The notes under the pieces were generated by a model. It was given only the letters and a program-made list of their open reading frames with translations. It did no database searches and was not told the origin of the DNA. Shown here in pieces: positions 17,397 to 26,257 of a stretch of 40,338 nt of DNA. The position numbers and the translations under genes are program-made. Within the stretch, counting starts at the first letter, position 1; every line of letters starts with the position of its first letter. The DNA is from Trebonia sp. (GTDB taxonomy: Bacteria > Actinomycetota > Actinomycetes > Streptosporangiales > Streptosporangiaceae): NCBI GenBank assembly GCA_036271115.1, contig DATBBI010000502.1, positions 1 to 40,338 on the forward strand, given 5' to 3'.

Positions 17397-17869
17397 AGTG
17401 CTGTCCGGGGCACACGCGTGCCCGGCCGCCGCCGCCGGAGGTGATGCCCGGCCGCCGCGTGCCCCGGCCGCCGGAGGTGATGCCCCGGCCGCCGCCGCGT
17501 GCCCGGCCGCCGTGCCCCGGCCGCCGCCGTGCGGCCATACCGCCTTAGTGACGTGCCCGCGCGCGACTGTGGGTGCCCCCGTAGGCGGTCGCGCCGGGCG
17601 CCCGGCGGTATTCACCCGCGCGGCCCCCCGCGACCGGCTACGGTGCGTTCCGCAGCCGTACAGCGCGTGACCTAGCTCACACGACCGGGTGTTCTAAATC
17701 GGGGATGAACCAGCGGCGCCGAAAGCGTTTCACGGATGTTCCATCCGTCTCATCCGCCTCACCGGAGGTCACCGGGCACCATGTCCGCCCACCCCCCGCC
17801 CGCGCACTGGCGCGGGCCGTCCCTGGCGCCCCGGCCGCACTCGCGGCCGGGGCGCTGCCGATTGCTGGC

Positions 17870-18045
17870 GAGCTGCCGAGCTGCCGAGCTACAAAGCTGC
17901 CGAGCTACAAAGCTGCCAGGCTCGTGGCCCTCCTTTCGGGCCTGGCCCTCCTTTGGCGCCGGGCTGCCGAGCTGCGAAGCTGCCGAGCTGCCGAGCTGCA
18001 ACCCCCCCCAGGTCATGGCCCTCCTTTCGGCCGTGGCCCTCCTTC
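17870..18045. repeat. two blocks of tandem 8-mers (RAGCTRCM), each followed by two TGGCCCTCCTTY motifs
   Basis: 8-mers at 17870-17917 and 17961-18000; 12-mers at 17925, 17943, 18016 and 18034. Confidence 0.85.
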
Positions 18046-18082
18046 CCGCGCGGACCCTCCGCACCGACGAAAGGCACGACCG

Positions 18083-18289
18083 ATGACACCCGAAGCCGAG
18101 GCGTTCGCCTCCAACCTGCTGGCCTACAACCTGACCCTGGCGGCCCGCGTGGCGCGCGGGCACGGGATCACGGCGGAGGAGGTGGCCGCCGTGCTCCGCT
18201 CCCTGGCCGACGCGATCGAGACGGGCGACTGCGCCGAGTCGATGTACCCGGTGTCCGACGGCAGCACCCTCGTGGAGCTGATCCCGTGA
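18083..18289 (+). CDS. hypothetical protein
   Basis: GAAAGG RBS; typical codon use. Confidence 0.65.
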   Translation: MTPEAEAFASNLLAYNLTLAARVARGHGITAEEVAAVLRSLADAIETGDCAESMYPVSDGSTLVELIP

Positions 18290-18663
18290 CGCTCCGGGAC
18301 GAGAGCTATGACGCGGCCGTGCGCGCGCTGGCGGCGGAGCCCGTGGTGCGGGAGATGGCGGCGTCGCTGCTGAACCCCGACGCCGAGCTGCTGGAGCCCG
18401 ACGGCACGCCGACCTACGCGTTCATGATGAACGCGCGTGGTGAGTATGAATTCCGCACGGGGCACGCGGCGGCCGGGCACATAGGCGCGGTGGCGGAGGC
18501 GCTGATGCTGATCCGCGACGAGGAGCGCTACGGGCCGAGCCATGACTGCCCGAAGGAGGCGTTCCTGGCCGACCCGATCACCTCGGCTTACGGTGTCGGG
18601 AGCGAGATGGTCGGCTCGATTAGGTGCGCGGTGTGCGACGCCGAGGAAGAGGGCCGCGCGTGA
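18286..18663 (+). CDS. hypothetical protein
   Basis: GTGA overlap; C-terminal HxC...CxxC. Confidence 0.65.
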   Translation: MTLRDESYDAAVRALAAEPVVREMAASLLNPDAELLEPDGTPTYAFMMNARGEYEFRTGHAAAGHIGAVAEALMLIRDEERYGPSHDCPKEAFLADPITSAYGVGSEMVGSIRCAVCDAEEEGRA

Positions 18664-18750
18664 CGCCTTACCGTCCGGGCGCGCGCGCGCCGCCGCGCTG
18701 GCGGGCACGTGACGCGAACCGAGTAACCGACCGGGAAGGAACCCGAGATC

Positions 18751-19407
18751 ATGACCGAGAACACCACCACCACCGAGGCCGAGACCGCGACCGCCGAGAC
18801 GGCCGCGCCAGAGGCGCCCACCGACCTGGACGCGGCGCGCGCGGCGCGGCGGCCCTCATCCCGTGAGCGCGCCCGCGCTGACTCGGCCGCCAAGCAGGCC
18901 GCGGCGAGCGGCGCCAGCGCCAAGCCCGCGCCCACGGCCGCCGCACTGGCCAAGGAGGCGGCGGCCAAGGTCTCGGCGGCGATCGGCGAGGAGCCGCACA
19001 CCGCTACCCTCCGCACGCGGTTCGAGGCGCTGGGCGTCGGCAAGCGGAAGGCGGCGGTCAAGGCGGCGCGGCTGGCGCTGGAGGGCGGGGCCACGCGCGC
19101 GGCCGCATGGAACGCGGCCATGGATGAGGTCGCGCCGAAGGAGGCCGCCGCGCCGAAGGCCCCGGCCAAGCCGAAGGCCGAGCAGAAGTTCCGGGGCGTG
19201 GCCATCCCCGGCTACGTGCTGAAGTGGCCGCACGGCGGCTACGACCTGCTGGCGACGACGGACAAGTCGGCCGACCGGCCGGTGTGGCTGGTGCGGTGTA
19301 ACGCGCACGGGACGACGAAGCCGATCAAGGCGGCCAAGGAGGGTGACGTGCTCGGCACTAACGCGGGGCGGCCCGCGTGGTGCGCCAAGTGCAAGGCCGA
19401 GGCGTAG
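18751..19407 (+). CDS. Ala/Lys-rich protein with C-terminal Zn-binding WPHGGYDLL domain
   Basis: GAAGGA RBS; paralog of 16469..16903; hairpin follows at ~19428-19455. Confidence 0.85.
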   Translation: MTENTTTTEAETATAETAAPEAPTDLDAARAARRPSSRERARADSAAKQAAASGASAKPAPTAAALAKEAAAKVSAAIGEEPHTATLRTRFEALGVGKRKAAVKAARLALEGGATRAAAWNAAMDEVAPKEAAAPKAPAKPKAEQKFRGVAIPGYVLKWPHGGYDLLATTDKSADRPVWLVRCNAHGTTKPIKAAKEGDVLGTNAGRPAWCAKCKAEA

Positions 19408-19486
19408 CCACCACCTACGCCGGGCACGGGGCCGCCCGCACGCGCGGGCGGCCCCGAGCCGATTCCACCACCGAAGGGAAACACTG

Positions 19487-19915
19487 ATGACGGACCACCG
19501 AGACCGTGACCTCGGGCCGGGCGAGCGCGGCCCGAGCCAGGAGTTGGCCGGCCACCACTCGCACCGCATGGTCGGGGCCGACTTGCGCGAGCGCTGGCTG
19601 CCGGATGACCTGACGCGCGGCATAGCGGCGGGGCTGTTCGGGATGCTGCCGGGCGAACTCCAGTACGTGGTGGTCGGGATGGTGCAGCCTGGCAAGCAGC
19701 GCGGCATCTGGATGCTGGGCCAGCGGGTGTTCACGGTGCGGGGCGCGCTGTTCCTGGCGGCCGATGATGACACCCGGTTCATGTCCTGGCGGGTGGCGCG
19801 CGGCGCGGCCGTGGCGCTGGCGCAGGCGCGGCTGGCCGAGACCGATGAGGGCGGCACCGTGGCCTACGCGACGATCAGCCGTGACGGGCATGTGACGGTG
19901 ACCGAGTGGCGGTGA
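19487..19915 (+). CDS. hypothetical protein
   Basis: GAAGGGA RBS before the ATG at 19487. Confidence 0.65.
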   Translation: MTDHRDRDLGPGERGPSQELAGHHSHRMVGADLRERWLPDDLTRGIAAGLFGMLPGELQYVVVGMVQPGKQRGIWMLGQRVFTVRGALFLAADDDTRFMSWRVARGAAVALAQARLAETDEGGTVAYATISRDGHVTVTEWR

Positions 19916-20271
19916 CCGTCCGCTAGGCGCCAGCGGCGGGCGCGGTCCCATTCCGGGGCCGCGCCCGTCATGCTGTGCGGCTGCACGCGGCCCCGTGCGG
20001 GGCCGGGACGGGCCGGGCCGGGTGATTCTCCACGGCGGCCCGGACCGAGCCGCACGCGAGCGTTCACAGCCGCCCGCAGCGTGCCCCGGCCGCCGCGTGC
20101 CCTCCGCGCGGCCCGTAGGCGGCCGTAGGCGGCCGGAGCGGGGCCGGAGCGGGTGCGCGGCCGTGCGGGGCCGGGGATGGCCGGAGCGTGCCGCGCACAG
20201 CCGCCGCGCGGCACCGTGAGACGCCGGTTGACACGGTGAGACACCGCGACACAGCCGGTCATACTGGCCCC

Positions 20272-21882
20272 ATGGCTGACCGGCGCCGATTCCCGCCGTG
20301 CGGGCGGGTCTTCGACGGGCAGACCTGCCTCCGCCGGGGCGCGCACTACTGCGCGCCGCGCGCCGACCACGCGATGGCGTTCTTCACCGAGCTGCTCGTG
20401 CACACCAAAGGCGTGTGGGCCCGGCAGGCGTTCATCCCCGCGGCCTGGGAGGAAGCCGAGGTCATCCGGCCGCTGTTCGGCACCGTCTACTGGGAGCCGG
20501 GCTGGGGCATGTACGTGCGCCAGTACCGCGAGCTGTACCTGAGCACGGGTCGTAAAAACGGAAAGACCGAGCTGATCGCCGGGCTGTCGCTCTACTTCAC
20601 CATCGCCGACGGCGAGGAAGCCGCGGAAATGTACGGCCTAGCGCTCGACAAGGACCAGGCCGGCCTAGCGTTCGCCGCCGCCGCCCGCATGGTGGCGCTG
20701 TCACCGCCGCTGGCCCGCCGCCTGTCGGTGGCGCTCGGCGCCCGGCGCATCTACGACGAGCGCACCGCCTCGTTCTTCACCGTCGCGGCGGGCGACGCGC
20801 TCGGCGCGCTCGGCACCGCGCCGCAGGCCGCCTACATTGACGAGCTGCTCGCCCAGCCGTCCCGCGAGCTTTACGACGCGATCCGCACCGGGTTCGGCAC
20901 CCGCCCCCAGCCGGTGCTCATGCTGGTCACCACCGCCGACAGCGACCCCAGCGGGTTCGCCGCCTCGGAGCGAGCCTGGTCGGAGAAGGTGCTGGAAGAC
21001 CCGAGCCTGGACCCGGCCCGCCTGGTGGTGCTGCACGCCGCGCCCGCAGAGGCGGACTGGACGAAGGAGGAGACCTGGAAGCTGGCCAACCCGGCGCTCG
21101 GCGACTATCTCGACCCGCGCATCCTGGCCGATGAGTGCCGTAAGGCGCAGGCCAACCCGGCGGCGGAGCGGGCGTTCCGCCAGTTCCGGCTTAACCAGCA
21201 GTCACAGGAAGCGGGCCGCGCCATCGCGCTGGACGCGTGGGACCGCTGCGCGCCCGTGACGGAGGACCTGGCCGGCCGCGCCTGCTACGGCGGCCTGGAC
21301 CTCGGATCCACCATCGACCTGGCGTCCTACGCGCTGGACTTCCCCGGCGGCGGCGGCCACGACGTGCTCTACCGGGTGTTCGCGCCCGAGGCGGCGCTGC
21401 CCAAGCTGGACCGGCGCACGGGCGGCAAGGCGACCGCGTGGCGCGAGGCCGGGCTGCTGACCGTGACCGAGGGCGACGTCATCGACTACGAGGCGATCAA
21501 GGCGGCCATGCGCGAAGACGCCGAGCGCTACGAGATCCGCGAGATAGCGTTCGACCGCTGGGGCGCTACCCAGCTGTCGCTCGACCTGCTGGACGAGGGG
21601 TTCCCGCTGTTCCAGACTGGTCAGGGCTTCGCATCGATGTCCGGGCCGACTAAGGAGTTCCTGCGGCTGGTCGCGGCGGGCGCCTACCGGCACGGCGGCA
21701 ACCCGGTCGCGCGCTGGCAGGCGGCCAACCTGATCGTCCGCACCGACCCGAGCGGGAACCAGAAACCCGACCGGGCGCGAAGCGCCGACAAGATCGACTC
21801 GATGGTGGCTGGCATCATGGCTCTTGACCGGGCCATACGGCACGCTGAGCCGCAACGCGACTACGCGGCGGCCGGGTTCTGA
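20272..21882 (+). CDS. terL: terminase large subunit
   Basis: Walker A GRKNGKT, Walker B YIDELL, nuclease GLDLG, DRWGA, KIDSMVA. Confidence 0.97.
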   Translation: MADRRRFPPCGRVFDGQTCLRRGAHYCAPRADHAMAFFTELLVHTKGVWARQAFIPAAWEEAEVIRPLFGTVYWEPGWGMYVRQYRELYLSTGRKNGKTELIAGLSLYFTIADGEEAAEMYGLALDKDQAGLAFAAAARMVALSPPLARRLSVALGARRIYDERTASFFTVAAGDALGALGTAPQAAYIDELLAQPSRELYDAIRTGFGTRPQPVLMLVTTADSDPSGFAASERAWSEKVLEDPSLDPARLVVLHAAPAEADWTKEETWKLANPALGDYLDPRILADECRKAQANPAAERAFRQFRLNQQSQEAGRAIALDAWDRCAPVTEDLAGRACYGGLDLGSTIDLASYALDFPGGGGHDVLYRVFAPEAALPKLDRRTGGKATAWREAGLLTVTEGDVIDYEAIKAAMREDAERYEIREIAFDRWGATQLSLDLLDEGFPLFQTGQGFASMSGPTKEFLRLVAAGAYRHGGNPVARWQAANLIVRTDPSGNQKPDRARSADKIDSMVAGIMALDRAIRHAEPQRDYAAAGF

Positions 21883-21898
21883 ACCGAAGGGAGGCGCC

Positions 21899-23392
21899 GT
21901 GGACTACGCGGCCAGTCTCGACCCCGGCGAGCTGCGCAAGATGGCGGCGGCCAAGCTGGACTTCCAGGCGGCGCGCGCCCGCTTCTACCAGTCGCACTAT
22001 GACCTGGAGGCGGGCATCATCGCGCTGCTGGACACCGCCGAGCGGCGCACGTTCCAGACGTTCCTCGCCGAGTCGCACGCTAACTGGTGCGAGCTGGTCG
22101 TCAACGCGGTCGCCGAGCGGCTCAAGGTGGTCGGGTTCCGGTTCGGCTCCAAGGACGACTCGGACGCGGCGTGGGCGATCTGGCAGGCCAACAGCCTGGA
22201 CGCGGACGCCTCCCTCGTGCTGAAGGACGCCCTCGTGCAGGGCAGCGCGTTCATGCTGGTCCAGCCCGATGACGACAACCCCTCGGGGGTGTGCATCAGC
22301 GGGGAGTCGGCGATGCAGGCCACGGTGCTGTACGAGCCGGGCTCGCGGCGCAAGCGGATCGCGGGCTACAAGCGGTTCCCCGTCGACCCCTGGGTCAACA
22401 TGGAGATGTCCGAGTTCGCGGAGGGCTCGCTGCTGACCGCGACCGGCAGCCAGGTCGAGGTGCTGATCCTGCCCGACGAGATCTACACGTGGCTGCCGGG
22501 CAGCTCCCAGCCGTCCGTGGAGCCGAACCCGGCCGGGTTCGTCGGTCTCATCGAGATCGTGCCGCAGCCGCGCACCCTCGGGCCCGGCCGGTCCGAGCTG
22601 CACAGCGCCGTCTCGATTCAGGACCGCATCCACACCACGATCTTCAACCGCCTGGTCGCCACCGACTACGGCGCGTTCCGGCAGATATGGGCCACCGGCA
22701 TCAAGATCGCCCGCCAGGTCATCAAGGACGACGACACCGCGACCGGCGGCACCGTGACCTCTAGGGTGGTCGCGCGGCCGTTCGACGTGGGCGCCAACCG
22801 GCTGCTCGCCAACGAGGCCCCGGACGGCAAGTTCGGCAGCTTCCCCGAGTCGACCCTGGCGGGCTACCTGTCGTCAGTCACCCAGGACGTGCAGCAGCTC
22901 GCCGCGATCACCCAGACGCCGCCGCACTACCTGCTCGGCCAGATGGTCAACCTGGCGGCCGACGCGATCAAGGCGGCCGAGACCGGCCTGGTGTCCAAGT
23001 GCGGCGAGCGGTCCCGCTACGCGGGCGAGTCGTTCGAGGAGGTGATGCGCTGCGCGTTCACGCTGACCGGCAGCGCGGCGGCGGCCGACACCTCCGCCGA
23101 AGTCGTCTGGGCCGACATGGAAACCCGCAGCGAGGGCCAGCGTGTCGACGCCCTGGTGAAGATGGCCACCCTCGGCGTGCCCCGCGAGATCCTGTGGCAG
23201 AAGTGGGGCGCGACGCCGCAGGAGATCGATGAGTGGAACGAGCTGCTGGCCGCCAGCGCGTCCGAGACCGTCGAGATCCAGCCCGCCCTGCCGCGCGGCG
23301 TCAAGGCGGCCCCGGCGGATACCGCGCCGCCGCAGCCCGACGCGCTCGCCGTCAACCCGTCCGCACCGCCAGCGCCAGCCCCGGCGCAGTAA
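21899..23392 (+). CDS. portal protein (SPP1 gp6-like)
   Basis: NWCELVVNAVAERL, W.IWQANSLD, TQTPPHYL, GESFEEVMR; AAGGGAGG RBS. Confidence 0.92.
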   Translation: MDYAASLDPGELRKMAAAKLDFQAARARFYQSHYDLEAGIIALLDTAERRTFQTFLAESHANWCELVVNAVAERLKVVGFRFGSKDDSDAAWAIWQANSLDADASLVLKDALVQGSAFMLVQPDDDNPSGVCISGESAMQATVLYEPGSRRKRIAGYKRFPVDPWVNMEMSEFAEGSLLTATGSQVEVLILPDEIYTWLPGSSQPSVEPNPAGFVGLIEIVPQPRTLGPGRSELHSAVSIQDRIHTTIFNRLVATDYGAFRQIWATGIKIARQVIKDDDTATGGTVTSRVVARPFDVGANRLLANEAPDGKFGSFPESTLAGYLSSVTQDVQQLAAITQTPPHYLLGQMVNLAADAIKAAETGLVSKCGERSRYAGESFEEVMRCAFTLTGSAAAADTSAEVVWADMETRSEGQRVDALVKMATLGVPREILWQKWGATPQEIDEWNELLAASASETVEIQPALPRGVKAAPADTAPPQPDALAVNPSAPPAPAPAQ

Positions 23393-23412
23393 GCCTCTGA
23401 GAGGAACAGCAG

Positions 23413-23979
23413 ATGACCACACCACCGACCGGCCCCGGCGCCCCGGCACCGGCACCGGCACCAGGCCCAGTGCCCCCCGCGCCGCCCGCGCCGCCAGCCC
23501 CGGCACCGCCCGCCGGGCACGGCGGCGATGATGACATCACCCGCCTGCGGGCCACGCTGGACCAGGAGCGCCAGGCGCGCAAGGACGCGGAGGTGAAGCT
23601 GGCCACCGCGCAGCAGGCCGCCATGACCGACCAGGAGAAGGCGGTCGCCGCGGCTCGCGCCGAGGGTAAGGCCGAGGCGGAGGGGGCGGCGTCACGGCGG
23701 CTCGCGGCGGCTGAGTTCCGCGTCGCGGCCAGCGGCCGGCTAGCCAACCCGGACGGGGCGCTCGCCGCGCTCGACCTGTCCAAGCTGGTCGGCAAGGACG
23801 GCGAGCCCGACCGCAAGGCGATCGCCGCGCTAGTCGACCAGCTCGCCCCGCCGCAGCCCCAGCAGACGGCCAACGGGCACGTGATCCCGGCCGGGGCACG
23901 GACGGCCGCGCCAGCGGCGGCCGGAAACGGTGACTGGCTCCGCAGCGTGCAGCGCGGCCCGCGAGGGGTGCGCGGCTAA
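23413..23979 (+). CDS. capsid scaffolding protein
   Basis: Pro-rich N-terminus, coiled coil MTDQEKAVAAAR.EG; lies between portal and capsid. Confidence 0.85.
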   Translation: MTTPPTGPGAPAPAPAPGPVPPAPPAPPAPAPPAGHGGDDDITRLRATLDQERQARKDAEVKLATAQQAAMTDQEKAVAAARAEGKAEAEGAASRRLAAAEFRVAASGRLANPDGALAALDLSKLVGKDGEPDRKAIAALVDQLAPPQPQQTANGHVIPAGARTAAPAAAGNGDWLRSVQRGPRGVRG

Positions 23980-24184
23980 GGCGCCCAGCTAGCGGGCACC
24001 TGGGGCGTCATGCATACTGGCCGTGTTGCCGGGCGGCGTGATGCTCCTGGCAGCCAGTAGCCGAATCTGGGCGCTTCACTAGGCGTGATGCCGGGCCGGG
24101 ACTGCGCGAGGCGTGATGCCAGCGGGGGCCAGGTGGCGCGGAAAGCGGCGTGACCTGTTCATGCCGTCACGCTGGAGCGCTGCC

Positions 24185-25174
24185 ATGACCACACCCCCAA
24201 TCGCCCCGCTGGACTTCTCGGGCCTGATCCCGATCGAGTACAGCACGCAGATCATCCAGGAGGCTTTGCAGCGCTCAGCGGTGCTGCAACTGGCCAACCT
24301 GGTCCCGATGGGCACCGGCATCGCCGAGATGCCGGTCCCTACCTCCCTGCCGCAGGCGGGCTGGGTCTCCGTGGCGGGCGGCCGCAAGCCGTACACCGCG
24401 CTTGGCCTGGGCACCAAGACCCTGCACGCCGAGGAGGTCGCGGCCGTGACCGCGATCCCCGACGTGTACCTCGAAGACGTGTCGATCAACCTGTGGGGCT
24501 GGGTACGCCCGCGCCTCGCCGAGGCCATCGCGATCGCCATCGATGAGGCGATCCTGTTCGGCCACAACAACCCGGCCACCTTCCCGGCCGGCGGCGTGCT
24601 GGACCCCGCGTACAGCATCGCGACCCCGGCGGGGTTCGACGCAGCCGACACGGTGAACAACGCGATGGCCGCCGTCGAGGCGCAGGGTCTCCAGGTCAAC
24701 GGCGACGCCGCCGACCTGACCGTCAAGGGGATGCTCCGCGGGCTGCGTGACTCCCAGGGCGCGCTGCTGCTCGGCTTCGACCAGATTAACGGCCGCGACA
24801 CGCAGACGCTGTGGGGCCAGCCGATCACCTACACGCCGTTCATCACGGGCAACACCAACTTCATCACGGGCGACTGGTCCTCGCTGGTCGTCGGCGTGCG
24901 GCAGGACATCCGCTACCTGATGGACCCCAGCGGCGTCATCGTGGACGACACGGGCGCGGTGGCGATCTCCGGGTTCCAGGACAACACCACGCCGCTGAAG
25001 GTGTGGGCGCGGTTCGCCTGCACCATCATCAACCCGGTCACCCGCCAGGTCCCGGCCGGCGCCAAGCCGTTCGCGCAGACCAAGCTCGCCGGATGGGTGC
25101 CGCCCGCCGCAGCGACGTCACAGGCGGGCACTCACGCGCCGGCCAAGTCGGGCACCGCGCAGAAGCCCGCGTAA
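24185..25174 (+). CDS. major capsid protein (HK97 fold)
   Basis: LIPIEYSTQII, AGWVS, IDEAILFG, LRGLRDSQG, GDWS, GVRQDI. Confidence 0.93.
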   Translation: MTTPPIAPLDFSGLIPIEYSTQIIQEALQRSAVLQLANLVPMGTGIAEMPVPTSLPQAGWVSVAGGRKPYTALGLGTKTLHAEEVAAVTAIPDVYLEDVSINLWGWVRPRLAEAIAIAIDEAILFGHNNPATFPAGGVLDPAYSIATPAGFDAADTVNNAMAAVEAQGLQVNGDAADLTVKGMLRGLRDSQGALLLGFDQINGRDTQTLWGQPITYTPFITGNTNFITGDWSSLVVGVRQDIRYLMDPSGVIVDDTGAVAISGFQDNTTPLKVWARFACTIINPVTRQVPAGAKPFAQTKLAGWVPPAAATSQAGTHAPAKSGTAQKPA

Positions 25175-25177
25175 GCC

Positions 25178-25561
25178 GTGACGAGCCCGGCGGTGCCGTG
25201 GCAGGAGTGGGCGCCCCCGCTGGACCCGCCCACGGACGGCGGCCTGCCCGCTGACCAGGCCGCCGCGATCGCCGACCAGTGGTGGGACACCGACCCGCAC
25301 ATGTGCGCGGCGATCCAGTGGGAGGCGTACGCGGCGATGCTGCCGCCAGCCGTCCCGGTCGCGCAGGTCACGACCGGCGCGCAGAACGTGAGCTACAGCC
25401 CGGCGTCCGCGCCGGGCCAGCTCGGGGCGGCGATGGCGCGCGCGGCGTGGCACCGCTCGTTCGTCACGGGTGAGCTCGTCTCCGTGCGGATGCACGCGCA
25501 CCACCCGCCCGCCTGGGGCTACTACGAGGGGCACTACTGGCCGGTCACGGAGGCGCCGTGA
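25178..25561 (+). CDS. head-tail adaptor (putative)
   Basis: Position after the capsid; VTTGAQNVSY motif. Confidence 0.6.
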   Translation: MTSPAVPWQEWAPPLDPPTDGGLPADQAAAIADQWWDTDPHMCAAIQWEAYAAMLPPAVPVAQVTTGAQNVSYSPASAPGQLGAAMARAAWHRSFVTGELVSVRMHAHHPPAWGYYEGHYWPVTEAP

Positions 25562-25953
25562 TGATGCCCGGCCTGCTGCTCGGCACCGACACGGTGGTCC
25601 TGTACCCGGCCGCCACGGGTGCGGACGAACACGGGTGGGCGCAGCCCGGCGCTGACCCGTACTGGACCGGCCCCGGCAGCCTCCAGCTGACCCCCGGCCC
25701 GTCCGACCCGCAGGCCGCCGCCGGAGGCGGCCACGGACCCTACGAGCCGCAGGCCGCGCTTCAGGGCCAGCTCTACCTTCCGCCGGACTGCCCGCTCGAG
25801 GAAGGCTCGGCGGCCCTCATCCGGGGCCAGTGGTTCGCCGTCTCCCGCGCCCGCCTGGTCACCGACCCGACCTGCCCGCCCGGCGAGGGCATCTCGTGCT
25901 GGGCCTGCGCCGTGGCGGGCACCGCTGGCTGGGAGGCGCCCGATGCCGGCTAG
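25558..25953 (+). CDS. head closure/stopper (putative)
   Basis: TVVLYP...DEHGW; synteny. Confidence 0.6.
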   Translation: MMMPGLLLGTDTVVLYPAATGADEHGWAQPGADPYWTGPGSLQLTPGPSDPQAAAGGGHGPYEPQAALQGQLYLPPDCPLEEGSAALIRGQWFAVSRARLVTDPTCPPGEGISCWACAVAGTAGWEAPDAG

Positions 25954-26257
25954 GTCAGTGTTCACCGTGACGCACCCGAACGCGCCGATGGAGGCGGTCG
26001 ACCCCGACATCTTCCTGATCGCGTTCGACCTGTCGGACAAGGCCAGGGCGGGCAGCCCGTACCACACCGGCAATCTCGCCGACGGCTACCACTACGTGCG
26101 GCTGGGCACCGCCCACTACGCGGTGCGCAACGGCGTCCCCTACTGGCGGTTCGTGGAGTTCGGCTTCCGGCGCCCCGACGGCACCCCCGAGGCGGCGCGG
26201 CCCGCGTTCGGCCGGGCGCTGCACGAGGCCCGCGTCAGGTGGGGGGCGCTGCGATGA
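25943..26257 (+). CDS. HK97 gp10-like tail completion protein
   Basis: SPYHTGNL, YWRFVEFG, ARPAF motifs. Confidence 0.75.
   Translation: MPARSVFTVTHPNAPMEAVDPDIFLIAFDLSDKARAGSPYHTGNLADGYHYVRLGTAHYAVRNGVPYWRFVEFGFRRPDGTPEAARPAFGRALHEARVRWGALR

Noticed and set aside
16414-17563. Island explained by low-GC horizontal acquisition or CRISPR PAM avoidance
   Set aside because: GC remains high, a normally coded paralog exists in the same genome, and AAG (a type I-E PAM) is abundant in the island
17870-18045. CRISPR array
   Set aside because: Units are 8-12 bp with no unique equal-length spacers, and there is no cas operon
17705-18082. N-terminal extension of ORF 17705..18289 with LPSC repeats
   Set aside because: The 8-bp period is not codon-phased; a good RBS and ATG exist at 18083
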